Of a stretch of DNA of 64,000 nucleotides, positions 1 through 13,800 are shown in pieces (the first letter of the stretch is position 1; each line of letters opens with the position of its first letter). This DNA comes from Raillietiella orientalis. Its lineage: Eukaryota. Made by a program: the position numbers and the translations under genes. Location of the stretch: assembly GCA_036172245.1 (NCBI GenBank), contig JAYWIR010000022.1:2604001-2668000 (forward strand), in the 5' to 3' direction. Under the pieces are notes generated by a model, which was not told the origin of the DNA, did not search any database, and worked only from the letters and a program-made list of their open reading frames with translations.

Positions 1-2599
1 CCGGTGTGAATGAACGCCGTTTCCGAGCAACCGTTCTCTTCCGTGTGTGACTTTCGCTTTTTGTTTCCCTGCGGTGGGAGCAGCGCTGGTAGGCGAAACG
101 AGAGCCCCCCCCCCTCCCCCCCCCCGAAATCTGGGATTGCGATGGCGCTCGGATGCTGCGGGCACGGCCCGAGTCGGACCGACCACGGCTGTGGTTTTTT
201 TCCTTTCCGTTCACGACCGATCCTGATGTGCCTCCCGGGTTCGCATCCTCGAATGCAGCCACGAAGGAATCCGAAGGAATCCTTTTCTTTTTTTAAAGGA
301 GGGAAGCAAAAAAAGAGAAGAAAGAAAAGCCACGCAGCTGCAGAGATGCGTTGGGGCGACGCATGCGTATTGCATCACTCGCCGTGGCGCACGGCACGTC
401 TGCTTCTGCCGGCATACGCCTCACAGGGAGGGAGGCGACGCTTCCGAGAAACCGATCCCTCGGAAGTGGGCGTATGAAGAAAATCGAAAACCCTTTCTCG
501 CGTCGTGCATCTCGAAAATTATGACGTACCGCGTTTAAGTTAATCACCTAATTTTTCGCAGTCGCTCTGAGAAAGGCTCGTGATCTGGAGGTTCGAGACG
601 GCCACGCTGAGGAGCCCGCCTGCTTCGTGATGCTTCGGCCCACCAAAGGAACCACTCGCCACTCGCACCCCCCACCCCCACTCCTCCTTCCCCTCAAAAA
701 AAGGAGGAAAAGAAAGGAAACGAAATCAATCCACCGAAGGTGAAAGTGACACCTCCGAAGGAGAGCCGAAGGAGGGAACCACCCCGGCCCGAACACCATT
801 CCAGGATTGCCCGAGGCGGAGACGCGCGGGGCTCGGCGGTTGCCTGGCGAACACCCGCGGGTGTCACTTTATTTACGCTTAGCAGGCCGAGTGGCCTCCC
901 CATTTCACCCCCTCCCCCGCACTTCGGAACGCTCCGTGATGGTTGCAACTGCTGACAGGTGGCTTTTGATTGTCCTCTGAAAGTGATCCAGCCAAAGATC
1001 GGATGCACGAGGCGGGGGGAGGGGGGGGGGCAAGTCCACCACCTCCTCGGTGAGTCCTTCCCTACACTTCAGATGCGACCCTTGTGTGTCCGATGTTGCT
1101 GAATCACCGCACTTGCGACGGAACCCACACGGATCCCCGATTTTAAGAGACGTGTTGAGCCCCCCACCCTCGGTTTTCCCGTCGCCCTGCATTGCACGCG
1201 TCCACCGTCCGTCCGTTGGCACGCGAAATGTTCGAAAAAAAAAAGGGACGCTTTCCGCACTTTGTGATGGGAGTGGGTTCCTTGTTCCGTGCTCGTCTAC
1301 CGTCCTCTTTTGAAACGAACTCATCCGGAAGTCCTCGTTTCAGAAGAAAAGAAAAAGCTGTTTCATTTCCATCTCGCTAACCCCCCCCCCCCCCCAAAGG
1401 AAAGAAAGACAAAGGAAGCCACGGAAACAGTCGGCGGAGAGGACCTATCGCGTTCGTATGCCGAGCCCGAAGAGAAGACAGGGAAATCGAAGATCGCCTG
1501 CTGCTAGGAAACACGCGGTCCATTCGAGAGACGGCATCGTCGTCTGAGTGCTGGAAGTGCTTCAGCCGGGTAGGTAAAGACGGTCATGTGCGGCCAACCC
1601 AAAAGGCCCCACGCTCCTCCGAGTGGTTTCCAGGCAACGCAGAGACGCCCCAAGTGGAAAATGGATCGTGGAAAAGTCACGCCGTGCTCTCCTAAAATCG
1701 CCCAAGCCGAGTTTCAAAAATACTCGAGGAAGCATTTTAGAAAGTCGGTTGAACAGCCAGAAAATTCCATGCCGCTATTGTTTTTTTCTCTCTCCAGTCG
1801 ATCCGCTGTTGATTTCTTCTTAGAAAGAAGAAGAAAAGGCAAAAACAAGATCTTGTTGATGTTTTCATTCACTAGGCTGCTGACCCGGTCCCAAGGGCAG
1901 GGATTCTTCAAAGACTCCATTTCTACACACTTCTTGCGCTCAACTCCGGCTCAAGATGCTCGCTCATGGTCTCCGAGGATATTGCAGGGTGCACTTGAAA
2001 CCTCAGGATCAAAGGACGCTGTTTAAACCACGCATTCTTTCTCTTTTTCTTTTTTTTAAATAGGAGCACATCTACGTTTCAAAGAGGCTGCGTCATCACG
2101 ATGTACGATAGAGGGAGCGCTCCTCGTTCAACTTTCGTTGGACAGATGGCAGGTCGGTGCACGGTGGCTCGTGGAAATGGTTTTGTTTCACGGAGTGCCA
2201 TCTTTTGCCCGCCACTCGAAGCCCGAAACCTCCAAGGGCGTTCTGCTTGCGTGCACGGATCTGTGAAAGTGTTTTGTCGATTCCTCGAATACACTCGGTT
2301 GATTTTTTTTTTTTCTTTTTTTCCAACTTCATTCGAATGAAACAGCTCTGCCGCCTGGCTGGAGATACTACTTCACTTGGATTGCAAGATGTAAAAACCT
2401 GCTACAGCACGATGCGAGCTTCATCTTTGTATTAGATGATTCGCACTTTTGTTGAATCGTGTATCTAATGCAAAGGAAGAAGCAGCTTGCTCCGAGACGT
2501 TCCAGTGAACTGCAGCAAGCCAGTTCTGCCTGAACGAGGGGAGCAGAATCTTCATTAAAAATGCAAAAGTTTTTTTTTTTCCTTTTTAGCCCAGGATCG

Positions 2600-3400
2600 C
2601 GCTCTCCATGCGAAACGGTGCTTGGCAATATCTGCAAAAGTGTCCTCTGACGCTTCCCTTCGTTCCATCACCACGCGTTACAGCGTGCAAAGATCCCTTC
2701 TCCGAGACGATAGTACTTTCGCCCGCTGACCAAACCGACCGGATTGGTTTTCCCTCCGAGTGAACGCTCAAACGAGACGAATCTCCTCTGGAATGGGAAC
2801 CCTTGCCTGCGGGGATCGATTCGCTTCTTTTCATTCGAACCTCGACGTTTCACTTGCGCTCCTCGCTGGGAGGTGAAAAATGGCCGAGCCGAATTGGGAA
2901 TCCGATGCATCTTCGACGCAGCCCCGGACCGTTCGGCAAATGCAATCAGGGAGATTTCCTCCCGCGCGGGGTCAGCTCCCCGACCAGCCAACGAGCCAAT
3001 CGGATCGCGTTTCACCTTTGATCCTGAGCTTTCATCCTGATCCCCAGCCTTTCAACCGATCCCATCTCCGGGTCTTGCTTCACTCATCCTTCACGTTTCA
3101 CGCCAGACCTCGTCGCGACAAAGAAGCTGATAAACGAAGACGGAATCCTAGCAAACCAGAAGGGTCGACCGTCTCTCCGAGAAGATTACCCAGTCCTCGC
3201 ATCCTTCGCCGCAGAAGGCGCACCGAGCGAAGCAAGAGCTACTTGGTACCTCCTTTCCCAGCTTACAGAGCATCACGTCGGCACTGCCAAGCGCCTGGCA
3301 GTCTCGCCTATCAACCCCGGACGCGCCCTGAAGCGGAACCGACCCCGGGCTTTTTATTGTCTCCTACCAAGTTCAATGTGGGGACGCCGCTCGTTACACT
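2600..3400 (-). mobile_element. Degenerate BEL/Pao pol fragment (RT-RNase H region)
   Basis: RDPIGSLAG resembles the Pao FDPLGLLAP motif, and LSVHSEG downstream resembles LHxFxDAS. Frameshifted. Confidence 0.4.
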
Positions 3401-4949
3401 GCGTTATTGATCCGAGGTCCCCCTCGACTGCGCGCGTTTGGCGCATCCCGCGTAGCTCAAGGCAGTTCTCCCCTGCGAGCCCTTCTGCCCCAGAGTAGCG
3501 TCGGATGTTAGGGACTCCCGGGGGCGTGCCTTTTCGTCCCGCGTCCGCAATTTCCCATCATCCGCAGAGCTGAAATCCTTGAGTGCTCAGGTGACCTGCT
3601 CGTGGCTTCCTGCGGAGGTCAGATTTCTGGGGGTGCGAGGGGAGCGATTTCCACTGGACTCGCCCGGCCGACGACGGAAGGGCGCGCACCAACCGCTCTC
3701 GAAAATTCGGAAGGGGCGAGGGTCTGGATTTGCGTGGAGCCACTGCCCGCGGCGGCACCTCCAGAAAACCGAAACATTCAAGAACCGGGGGCAACAGAGC
3801 AAGTGAAGACCCTCGAGTTGGATGCTGGTTCTGAGGCGGCGCTGCAGATGAAGTGGCCGCTGAGTCTGGGCTGGGGAATCGAGTGAGCTGCAGACCGGTC
3901 ACCTACTCCGATGCCTTATTTAGGTTCGGTCCGTGCAGCAAACGCTCGAGGAGGAGGGAAGGATGTCTACAATGTCTACCATCTGCTCACTCCATCGGAA
4001 GCTTGTTAGCGGTTATCCATTCAGGTCCAGCAACGTGCATGCCCTGGATGGTCAGGAGACCCCGCTTCAGAGACCCCGAGGTCATAAATGGACTTTGGGT
4101 GGCGCATCGGTTTCGGCATTGCTTCCATCTTGGGGGGGAGGGGAAGGGGACAGATCGTATTCTGTGCCCAGGTGGTTACGAGATGAGGAAGAGAACTCGT
4201 TGACTGGGAAGAGCAGTTGCGCTAGTTGGATTGCAGTGGCCGTCCTGGATGCCATCCTGGCATCGGTTAAACCACTGGATGCAGCGAGGGTTCACTTCCA
4301 GAATTTCGGCGGGACTTAAAATCCATCGCGGCGGCCATCCCGCTTGGCGGTCCACTTGAACATGGCGCTCGCCACTCAGCGGCCAACCGGCTGAAGCTCT
4401 GGACAGGCGGTTTGTTCGCTTCCGGCGTTCTCAGTCCGGGACTCTACCGGACGCCACTGATAGATGAACTCAGCTGACGCAGCAGGTCTTGGACGTGCTG
4501 GTGTGTGACCAGGAACGATGCAGCAGAGATGCAGTCCGCTCGTCGCTTCCCGTTCCCGCCAGACGCAAAAGTTGCGCTCCGCGCGCGGTCAGGGGGGGGA
4601 AGGGAACACCGCAAGTCTGTTGCCAGGACGAGTGACTGCTTCGGAGATTCGTGGTAAGGGAGAGAATTCGCGACGAGGAGGAGGGTTGTTGGGCTGGGGA
4701 AGGGGTCCTTTCCTTGGTTATTGGAAGTCGATCGATCGTGGTCAGGGTGGAACTTGATCAGCAACCGAGTTCCGAATTCGGTACAGTTCGCTTATCACTC
4801 TTGACAACGAACGGTCAACGCCTCAGGCATGACCAACAGGTGAGTTCTGCGCTCCTTTGCGTGCGTGTGTGTGTTTCAAGAGATGAAAGGAATCTGTTCC
4901 CTTTGTGCGGAAGAAGAGAGGAGCAGCGCAAATGGCGCTGACGGAAGCA

Positions 4950-6000
4950 CTTGGTGACCATGGAAACCTACTCTTCGGAGAGCGGATGCGCTGGGATTTT
5001 CGCTTCCCAGACACCAACAAGTTCGAGCCGTCACCGCCGCTCATTCAACAGCCCGATCGAGAGGCGGCGAGATGCTTTCCTTGCATCTTCACAGTCTCTC
5101 GAAGTCGGGTGTCTCTGATCTGCCGCTGCCTCCTGCAAGCTTCTTAGTGGCGAGGCGGGAACCGCTTCGAACGCCTTGGGTGTCCGTTACGAGATGTCGC
5201 GCTAACGGTCGCTCCCCAGGAGGAAGGAAGGACGTCTGGTGCGAATGCAGAACGGGAGCGCCTCTCCCCCAGCGATGGGCGTTCCCGGCAAACCTCCTCG
5301 CTTGCCCGTCAGCGTCCTGCTGCCGGGGAGGAAGAGGAGGAGCAGCGGCTGCTTCCACACCACCAATAGAGCGCTCGAATCCATCCCCGACTGAGAACGT
5401 CGCCACTCACCTCCCCTGGAGCGAGGGAAGCCCTCCAGGAAGAGCAGGCTGAAGTCGCAGAGAGTCCATGTACTCGGCGCGGAAACGCCCACGCAAAGAA
5501 AAGTGACGCCGGACCCGCTCACTTTCGGATGGCTGCGAGCGTAGCAGCAGCAACCGCATCCTGCATGGAACGGGGGTCGCGCGGCTCTCAGAGCCCGTGA
5601 CGACGAAGGCGGCGTGCCAGGAGTCGATGGCGGAAGCGGGGAAAGTAGAGGACAGGAATTCCTGTCTCCACGGAAACCTCTCCAAGCTCAAGATATCAAC
5701 GCCTTCCTCGTTACAGGCGGTCGGCCGGCGGCAGCGGTTCGTCATGTCGTCCAAGGCACGAGGGCGCTCCAAAGAGAAGGGAGGGTGTCGAACCGGGCGC
5801 TCCCACTTGCCCTTGGGGGTGCTCGGAAGGGGCGAGAACCGAGAACCGGCTCGCCGCTTGTCCTCCAAAGGAGTGCCCTCGACCGTACTGTTGAGGAATC
5901 GCGGGCCGAGGTATGTGTCTCACGTGAAGTGCTGAGGGAGCTGATGGTCCAAAAGAGGCAGGAGGAGAACATGGGAAAGGAAAGGGTGCGCTCGTACGTC
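4950..6000 (+). mobile_element. Degenerate 3' part of an RLE-type (R2/NeSL-like) non-LTR retrotransposon
   Basis: Motif remnants occur in the expected order: ENVATHL (zinc knuckle ExxxH), TPDPL (~5506, RPDL), RYQRL (~5691, KxxKY) and LPL/LGVLGR (~5801, PxVxGxxG). Confidence 0.5.
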
Positions 6001-6400
6001 CGATAGCCCCGGGCAATACACCGAAAGCATCTGTTGGGCCACTGCTCGTAGTAGAGAAGCTTGGGCAGCCCTCCGCGAGGATGAGTTGCTGAAAGGATAG
6101 GCAGACGGAGAAGATGGCAGGATCCCTCCCTTTCATCCCCATTCCCTTCACTTCGCTCGAGATGGACATATTCACGCAGAGGCGAAAACAGGGGGACAAC
6201 AACCAAATTTCCATGAAGAAGTGCCCTTCATTAACAGGGAACCTGACAGGAGATCCATCCTTCCCGACCGGGCGGACTCGCTTCCCGAGGCCCAAGAACG
6301 CCACACGCGGTGCAGACCCTAAGGCGCTCACAGATCGCCCCTCGAAGTAAAACGGCGATTCTCTCTCCCAGCGTACCATAGAGGACCGGAAATGAGGAAT
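6000..6400 (-). mobile_element. L1/Tx1-like ORF1 fragment
   Basis: CFRLCVNMSI followed by KLLYYEQWPNRCFRCIARG resembles the ORF1 YExLPxxCxxCxxxGH knuckle. Confidence 0.45.
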
Positions 6401-6449
6401 GGCTCCGAATTCGCAGTCGCGAATTCGGAGCCAGGGTGCCAGAACCACT

Positions 6450-6950
6450 GGGATCCGGAAGAGCGCGAGCGACACGGCCCACAGCCGGGAGTCGAGGACC
6501 TCGCTCTCGTCCTTCGCCGGGTTCACGGCGGCGTCGGAGGCGGCTGAGCGTGCGCACGGTCCCGCGCGGGAACCCTGACGCGTATTCGCCTGCCGACTTC
6601 GAGGTTCTCCCCCTCGCTCGTGCTACCACCGCGACGCCTTCGGATGGAGACTCCTGCTCTGGACTCGCGCCGCGTTGTGGAGACATAGCGCGGACTGACC
6701 TGCTGCAGGATGTTCGAGGTCGCGGCAAGGACGTCGTCGGGGACCCATCGCCGAGAGAGAACCTCGCTCACTTCCTCCGGAGGAAGGAGGGACCGGGAAG
6801 CGAGGAAAGTCCTTCAGGAAGAGCAGCCTGAAGTCGCAGTCCATGCGAGCGAGTCCGTGCAGTCGGCGCGGATACGCCCACGCAAGGGGAGAGCATCAAG
6901 AGCTCTCGCTCCCCCCCCACGCGAGACCGTCTCTTCGCCAGTGCCGTGAG
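6450..6950 (+). mobile_element. Second diverged copy of the RLE-element zinc-knuckle region
   Basis: 6744-6890 aligns by eye with 5382-5500 (ccatc.ccga..gagaac.tcgc; caggaagagcag.ctgaagtcgcag; tcggcgcgga.acgcccacgcaa). Encodes RENLAHFL. Confidence 0.55.
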
Positions 6951-6999
6951 GTCGCTACGGAGAGGGGCGGAAGAGCGTACCGAACAGTTCACGCGTCCC

Positions 7000-9900
7000 G
7001 CAGCTCTTGCAGCGCGGTTCTCGGTCGAACCAGCTGGCATCGGCTAGGCGAATACGAGGACCGGCCACGCACGGGAGAGTCGGGGGCGCAGGAAAACTTT
7101 CGGAATGCCCACCGGAGCGAGCAGGCCCGGGAATTCGCCCGCACGCGAGGATGGTGCGTGCGCTCTTCTCCCTCACGCCTGGTACGCGTGCCGCTGCTGA
7201 GTCCCAGCTCAGCGCGCGCATGAGAGACCCAGACGCCTGGAGGAAGCGCTTCTGCTTCCGGGAGGGGCACGCCCGGAATAAAAACAAAGAAGGAGAAGAA
7301 GAAAGTCGGCGGTCCGAATTCTTGGAAGGCTCGAACTTCCGCCCGGCACGACCCATGCTCTCCCGCGACAAGTTTACCGCCCTCCACATGCGCACGCTCA
7401 TGTCTCCGTCGCATCCCTGACGGTGTGCGTGTTCGTGGGGGGCTGTCGCAACCCCTCATCCGTCCCCGCTTCAAGCGGGTGAATTGTCATGGGCGATAGC
7501 GCCGCAGGGACACTCGTAATGGCTTCCTCCTTCTCGAACGTTCGCCGGGTTTCAGCGGGCAAGCCGCGCGCCCGCTAGGGTGCCCGCAGGTCCATGGCGA
7601 GGATGTGGTTCACCAGCGTGAACCATCACCACCTGCAAACGAGCTCGCGACACAACTGTTGGGTCGAAGAAGACGCGCAGAGACGGGAGCGTTGCGCCGC
7701 CACTCATGGGAGACATCGGCGTCGTATCGTCTTCCGATCCCCCAGCTAAGGAAAGGCAGCGAGCAGTGGCGGCAGCGGGTGCCCAGCGCGTCCTCGCGGC
7801 GTGGGTGCACTGCGAGGGACACTGAGAAACGTGAGGGCGCCGGTCAATCGGTCTTGAGGATCCGCGCCTCTGGCACTTCCGACCCTCAAGCCTCCCCCCG
7901 CAGCCACGGAGTCGCTGCTGTCGGCGCCTCATCCACCGAAAGAGGGAGCCAATTCCCGTTCCGCGACGTTCGGTTTCCACGCGCGACGCGTAGCCGCGAG
8001 CGGGCATCGCCTTCCGAATGCGTCGCGCTGCACAAGCAAGATGGCGAACAGCTCAGAGATGACGGACGGCGGTGCTCCAGGGAGCGGCTCGTCCCTCAGG
8101 AGGAAGGGGCTCGTGGCACGCGACCGGAGAGGCACGTCGGCGACGACGTGAACCACGCCCTACCGCCGCAGGCGAGGGAGAAAGCGACGCGCGGGATGAC
8201 GGGGGTCAACCGCTCTCCGTTCGCCGCGCTGCGCTTCCCGTTTGGCCAATGGTGGTGGCTTCCCTGTCGACCTCTGGGGACCGAGGGCGGTCCTTTGTGG
8301 TTTTTGACGAAAACAGCTGCATCGCGCAGCGATGTGATCTCCTATCGCCGGGAGCGAAGGTCCCGGACGTCTCCAAGAGAACCCTCGCGCTTCCCTTCCC
8401 CTCCCGCTTTCCTCCGCCTCTTCCGAGAAAGAGGGCCGAGGGCTCGGGATGTTCGAGAGAGAGGGCGGGAAGAGCGACCAAAGAACGCGTGCGGGACGGG
8501 GAGGAGGGAGGGAGGACGACCCCTTCCGCCGTTCCCGAGGATGCAAGGGTTCTGCTCCCACAGCAGAGGGCCATCCGGTAGCGTGGGGAGCTGACAGTGG
8601 CGGCCGCCGGGCGGAAGGTCGTCTGCTTGACAGAGGGAACGAGGCGGCTCTGCCGAGACGGCAAGGGTTCGCCCAATCCCGCGTGCACCCTGCAATCCTG
8701 GACGAGGGCATTAGTCCTCGGTACCGCTCGCCTCCGCTCCCGGGCTCCAAAAAGATTACATTGTGGAAGAGGGAGAGGAGGAAGCGCAGCGACGGGAACG
8801 ACTTGACGACGGATAAACGGCCTGGAGCTAAATTTGAACGCGCGCGCGCAGCTACTGTTCCATCCTTTCAGTGGGGGAGCAGGATGTCCCTTGACAAAAG
8901 AGGCTGCGCGTGCGGGGGATCGGATGATGCGCGGTGCCACTGCGGGGCAAATCCCCGTCTAAATTAGGTGCCTGTCTCATTTCGGGAGCACCTGCGAAGG
9001 CCCCCAGGGAGCCCTCTTATGTGGGGAGGGGGGACGAATGGTAGATTTTTCTCGCTCCGAGATCCCAGCCACCACACAAATCACTCACCGGCGCGCTCAT
9101 CGCAGCTTCCGATGCGTCATCTCCGGAAGAGCCGACGAGGAAACGTTTATGCGCGCCTCGCTGACGCGTCGGGACGCCTGCGCATCCCTCCGAAAGACAG
9201 TCCGACGACAAACGCAAGTATTTTCGTGGTGCTGATGCTGCAGCTCGGGAGGAAGGTGCGTGATCTCTCTCTCCCGCACTTAGCGATCGCAATTAGGGTG
9301 GGACAGGGGAAGGGAGGATGCGTGGAAAACTGCGGGGAGACTCACAGAGGGAGAGGAGGATGTCAGACCTCAGAGAGGATTCTGCTTGGTGGAGGCTCGC
9401 TCAGCTCCGCATCTCCAGATCTTGCCGTGGACGGGAGAGGGCGCGGGAGTGACCGATCGGGCGCCGCGGGGATCGTGGAAGCCCCTGACGCCCGGGGCGG
9501 CGAGCGTCTAGTGGGAAAACGCAGGGTCGGGCAGCTGCAGCAACCACCGCCACTCGCGGCCCCTTCGCGACGAAGTATCCGCGTGGCCGAGAGAGCGCAC
9601 AGCCTCCCCTGGGTGTCGGGCGGGCTGATCGACGGCCCTGACCTCCTCCTCCTCCCCTTATGCCTGACCCTGACCCGTTTCTAGGAGCATCGGGCCCTCC
9701 ATTGGCGCACGAATCACCCAGCATCAGGAGCAGCAGGAACTAAACGGACCTTTGAAGAAGACTGGGCCGCTATCAGCATCGGCCCGTCCGGCCGGCTTCG
9801 CGACGCATCGGTTTGCGCCGGAGACCTACGCATCTCCAAGAGGAACCGTACTTGGAGCTACTGTCCGCTCCTCCCCGCGAGGGCATACCGCCGGTGGGAA

Positions 9901-10300
9901 CCTCGTCCGCACCGCATGGAAACGCACCGTGAGATGCCGACCTCATCTTCTCCTCCGGCATCCGATTCTTGATCTCCCCCTTTCCCCGTCTCGGTCCACT
10001 CCGGCGCCCGCGTCCTAGCATTGTCCAACCTCATTAGCCCCCTCTTTCCCCCCTTGTATGGCCTCTCGCCAGCAGCTTCGCAGACGCAGCCGGCGCGACT
10101 TCCCCGGATGCACTTTCTGGAGCATCCGCTGCCGCCTATCCCGGCAGTTCACATCGCAGGGCGAGCGCAAGTGCAGGTGGATGCGAGGGAATCTTCAGGA
10201 AGCTCCCGAGGTAGGAAGGGCCAGGGAGTGATGGAGACTCCGAAGCGCCGAAGATTCCGGTGAAGGAGACGTCTCCTCTTTCTGCGAAGGGACGGGACCG
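7000..10300 (+). mobile_element. Degenerate RLE-type non-LTR retrotransposon (RT, thumb, zinc knuckle, endonuclease)
   Basis: Remnants in order: NFRPARPMLSRDKF (~7335), LQGAARPS (~8075), HVGDDV (~8133), GVNRS, VYAR...GRLRIP (~9145), ETYAS/RGHT (~9820-9890) and RPSIV (~10010). Confidence 0.55.
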
Positions 10301-10899
10301 ATTGGAGGGTGTGGTGGACGGGTCCCCGGAAGATTCTCGGATCTGCCTCCGACGTCATCGCTCTCGAACCCTCGGAGCGGGGGAAAGCTCAGGTTCGAAA
10401 GGGACCTTCCCCACTCCCCCGCTCAGTGCATCCTGCCGAGCGTGCATCTTCCTGAGAGTCAGATCGGAGGAGCTGCAGAGATCACTGTGGTTGAAAATGC
10501 CAGGAGGGAGTTGCGTTGCCCGCCTCCCCCCCTTCCTACCGTCCACTCGCACCGCTCTCGGTGGCCGGCGGCGGCTTCCGCCCGGCTTCGACGAAGCAGC
10601 GCAAACATTCGAAACATCGTCGCTACGCGGCATCGCCGTGCCCACGGGCGAGAGGACGAAGTCAGCCGGTCAGTCAGCATTCTCGCATTCGATGGTCGTC
10701 GCGGCGTCCACCGAGAAGATGACCACGTGATGCAGTCAGAGGAGCAGACGCCAATCGCATTTTCGGGTCAGCGAGCCACAAAAAGAGGGGGGGAGGAACA
10801 AAAGCACCGCCGAAACCTCCTGCTGCGAAAGACGCCTAACGGCAACCTCCGTTCTCCTTCCGTCACACCATCAGAAGGACGATGAGAAGCGACAGGAGG

Positions 10900-13800
10900 G
10901 AGGGCGGCCTCTCAATCCGCGAAATCCTCAAGCGTGCGACCCCCCAAAGTCCTTGGATGTCGACTCGAACCGCAGAAGTCCACCCAGTCGCGTCAGGGTG
11001 GACAGTGGGCACCGAAGAGGCAGGAGAGGCGGATCAAGGGAGCGCGCATCTCTGAAGGCACCGGGATCGACTCAGACGGTGAGCCTTCCGCGGCTCCACG
11101 TGCTCCAGCGGGGAGGCGCGGCCGATCCAGGACGCGCGCCCGCAACTCTTCCCCGAAGCTGTTCCACCCGCCCGGCACGGACCTGAATCCGTCTGCCTTC
11201 GAGACGAGGGACTTCGACGAGGAAAGGCAGCCTTCGCTCGCCACGGCCACCACCTCCGCTGCCGGGCACGACCCACTACCCATCCCGACGTCGCGGCGGC
11301 GGAGGAGAAATCGTTCACGGCAGGAAGCGTGGCGCCGCCGCCGGGCAAACTCCACGGAGCTTTCGCAGGGAGCGAAATTCGGGAGCACCGAGCAACGCGC
11401 AGCCTCTGCTGAAGAAGAAGTCTTCCTTCCCTGTGCACCCTTCGAGGGGGGGACAAAAGGGAACCTCCTCAGCTGCCTGGAAGGGCAGTCATCGCGCAAA
11501 CAGGCACGTTGTCTTCGCTGGTGGGAAGCACCGCGTGAAATCCTCGGAAGGAGTAAGGAACAAAAAAGAGGGAGGGAGGAAGGAGCAAAAAAGGAAGAGG
11601 AGGAGGAGGAGGAGGAAGAAGAAGAAAGGCATGTCTCGAATCTGTTTCAATTCGCCATCAGCAGCTGCGCACCCGCGTCGTCCGGTGATCTGCTCGCTGC
11701 TGGCCGCAGAGACTGCTGACCGTCCTGCCCTCGGCCGCGAGCTCGGAAGCTCCGGCAAACCCCTCAAGGCGGCGAGGCCCGGAGAGGCCCGGAGAGGTCC
11801 TGCAGGGGCCAATTCGCGTGCAGCGCGCCGAAGGTTCCCTTTTTTGTCGCGGGCGAGGCGACGCCTGGGCGGACCCACGACCGTGTGCGCCGAAGAGCTC
11901 CTGTCCATCGGGTCGTGCGCGTCGCCACGTGGTCGCCTCTCTTCGCGCCCGACGCGGCTCGGAAGACATCCAACTGGCCCCCTCCTTTTCAGGAGCCTCC
12001 GAAAGCCTCCCGGCAGAAGGGAACCGGGTGAGAGGGGGGGAGAAGCGGTCGAGGACGCCGTCGGGTCGGCAAAAGAGCTCTCGGGAGTCAAAGAGCCTCC
12101 GTCCGAACCGGATGCCTCGCGGACCTCCTGCGTGCGAACTCTGTCCCCTGGTCCACTCTTTCGGGTTCTCTCGGATGGCCGGAGGACCGAACCGCGGATC
12201 TTCGGCTGAAGAAGAAACCTTCCCGCTGGCTTCTCCCTCTGGAGATCTCTGGGCTGACTGATCGGAGCACCAGTCTTCGAGCGCGTGTCCGAACGCGCGC
12301 GCGCCCGCTTTGGTGCATCAGACGGCCAGCGAAAGTTTCCATGCTCAACGCCACGTCATTTTCTTGGGCAGCGGTCAGAGCGCCTTCCGTCGCACCGGAT
12401 CCGAGCGGGTGGCGGCGGCGAGAGCGTTTTTGTGCGAAAGGTGAGTGCCACCTCTTTTCTTTTTTCTTGGAAAAAAAAAATAAAAAAATAGAATCTTTTT
12501 TTTTCTGCCGCTTTTCCGTTCTTTGCCGCCCTTGTGAGAGCGCGAGAAGCGCCCGTCATGCAGAAAATCAAAAGCTGCGTACCTCCAGAAGTGAGCAGCA
12601 TAACCGGGACAGCGATCTTTGCAATGGGAGCAGATTTTGGGAGCATCCATCTTCTAGCGGGCCTCACGTCCAAACGTGGGGGAGCCTGAAATTGCGAGAG
12701 ATGCGGTGACAAACATCTCTCGAGACGAGATCAGATGCCAAGCAGCAACAACAAGTGTGGAGCGCCACGCGTCGCTGCTTGTTGAGGCGACAACCGCAGT
12801 CTCCCTCGAGAACAGCCATGCGCCGGGCCAGCACTAGCTGGTGCGCCGAGAACCTCGCGTGCTTCAAAGGTCTTCCACGTGAAGACCCCAGCAGACCCGT
12901 CCTCCCGCTGCGAAGGGGCGAGAAACTCTGGAAGCGAAAACAGACGAACGGCAAACCGAGGAGGCGGTTCCCGGAAGAGAACGGATGGTGGGCCTTTCAC
13001 GTGGCCTTTCACCTCCACGCCAGACGACGATGGCCCCTACGCAAGAACGCGTTCCGAAGGGGAAGCACGAGAGACTGAAGCCGAAGGCTGGGAGAAAGCA
13101 CTCTACTGCCGGCGAAGAGTCGCAGGAAGGAAGGGAATAGAAGGAAAGGGGCAAGAGACGCTGCTGCGGTGCAAAGGGGACGTGGGGGCAATGCGCTCCC
13201 ATTCGGGACGAGTTCCCTCCAGCAGACATTCGCAAGAGGGGACTGTGATGCGGTTCAAAGGAGCACGCAGGTCTCCGAGCCACAGACGGAGGCGAAGGAA
13301 TCTGCTCTGGATCTACGCAAGGTGAAGCTTAGGCAGACAACGACTTTTTCGAGAGAACAGTCGTTCTTACTTCTGTTTTTGGTTTTTTTTATTCATGACC
13401 TCCTCACCACCATCAGGACCATTTCAATTTCCATTGGCACACGCAGTCTTGGTTATAAGGGTCGTGACGGTCTTCGTGTCACCGGTTTTTGTGTCTTTGT
13501 GATTCTGAGCACGTGCATGTGCATATGAGTGTACCAAAACTGGTGCACACACTTTGTGTGTGTGGGAGGGGGTGGGGGGGAAGACGCAACAAACAAACTG
13601 TGCGTCTTCTTCCTCCCTTTAAAAAATAGAAAGAAGGGAAAGAGCATCTCAAATTAGAGTTGGAAGGAACCGAAACCCTGGATTGATCCTTGACGAGTGG
13701 ACAGGATGGGAAAGCTGCGTTGTGAAGACGAATGCCGCCCCAAGGCACGCGTGTCGAGACACATGGTGCGGTCGACGCCACTCTCGTTTTTCCGAAAGCA

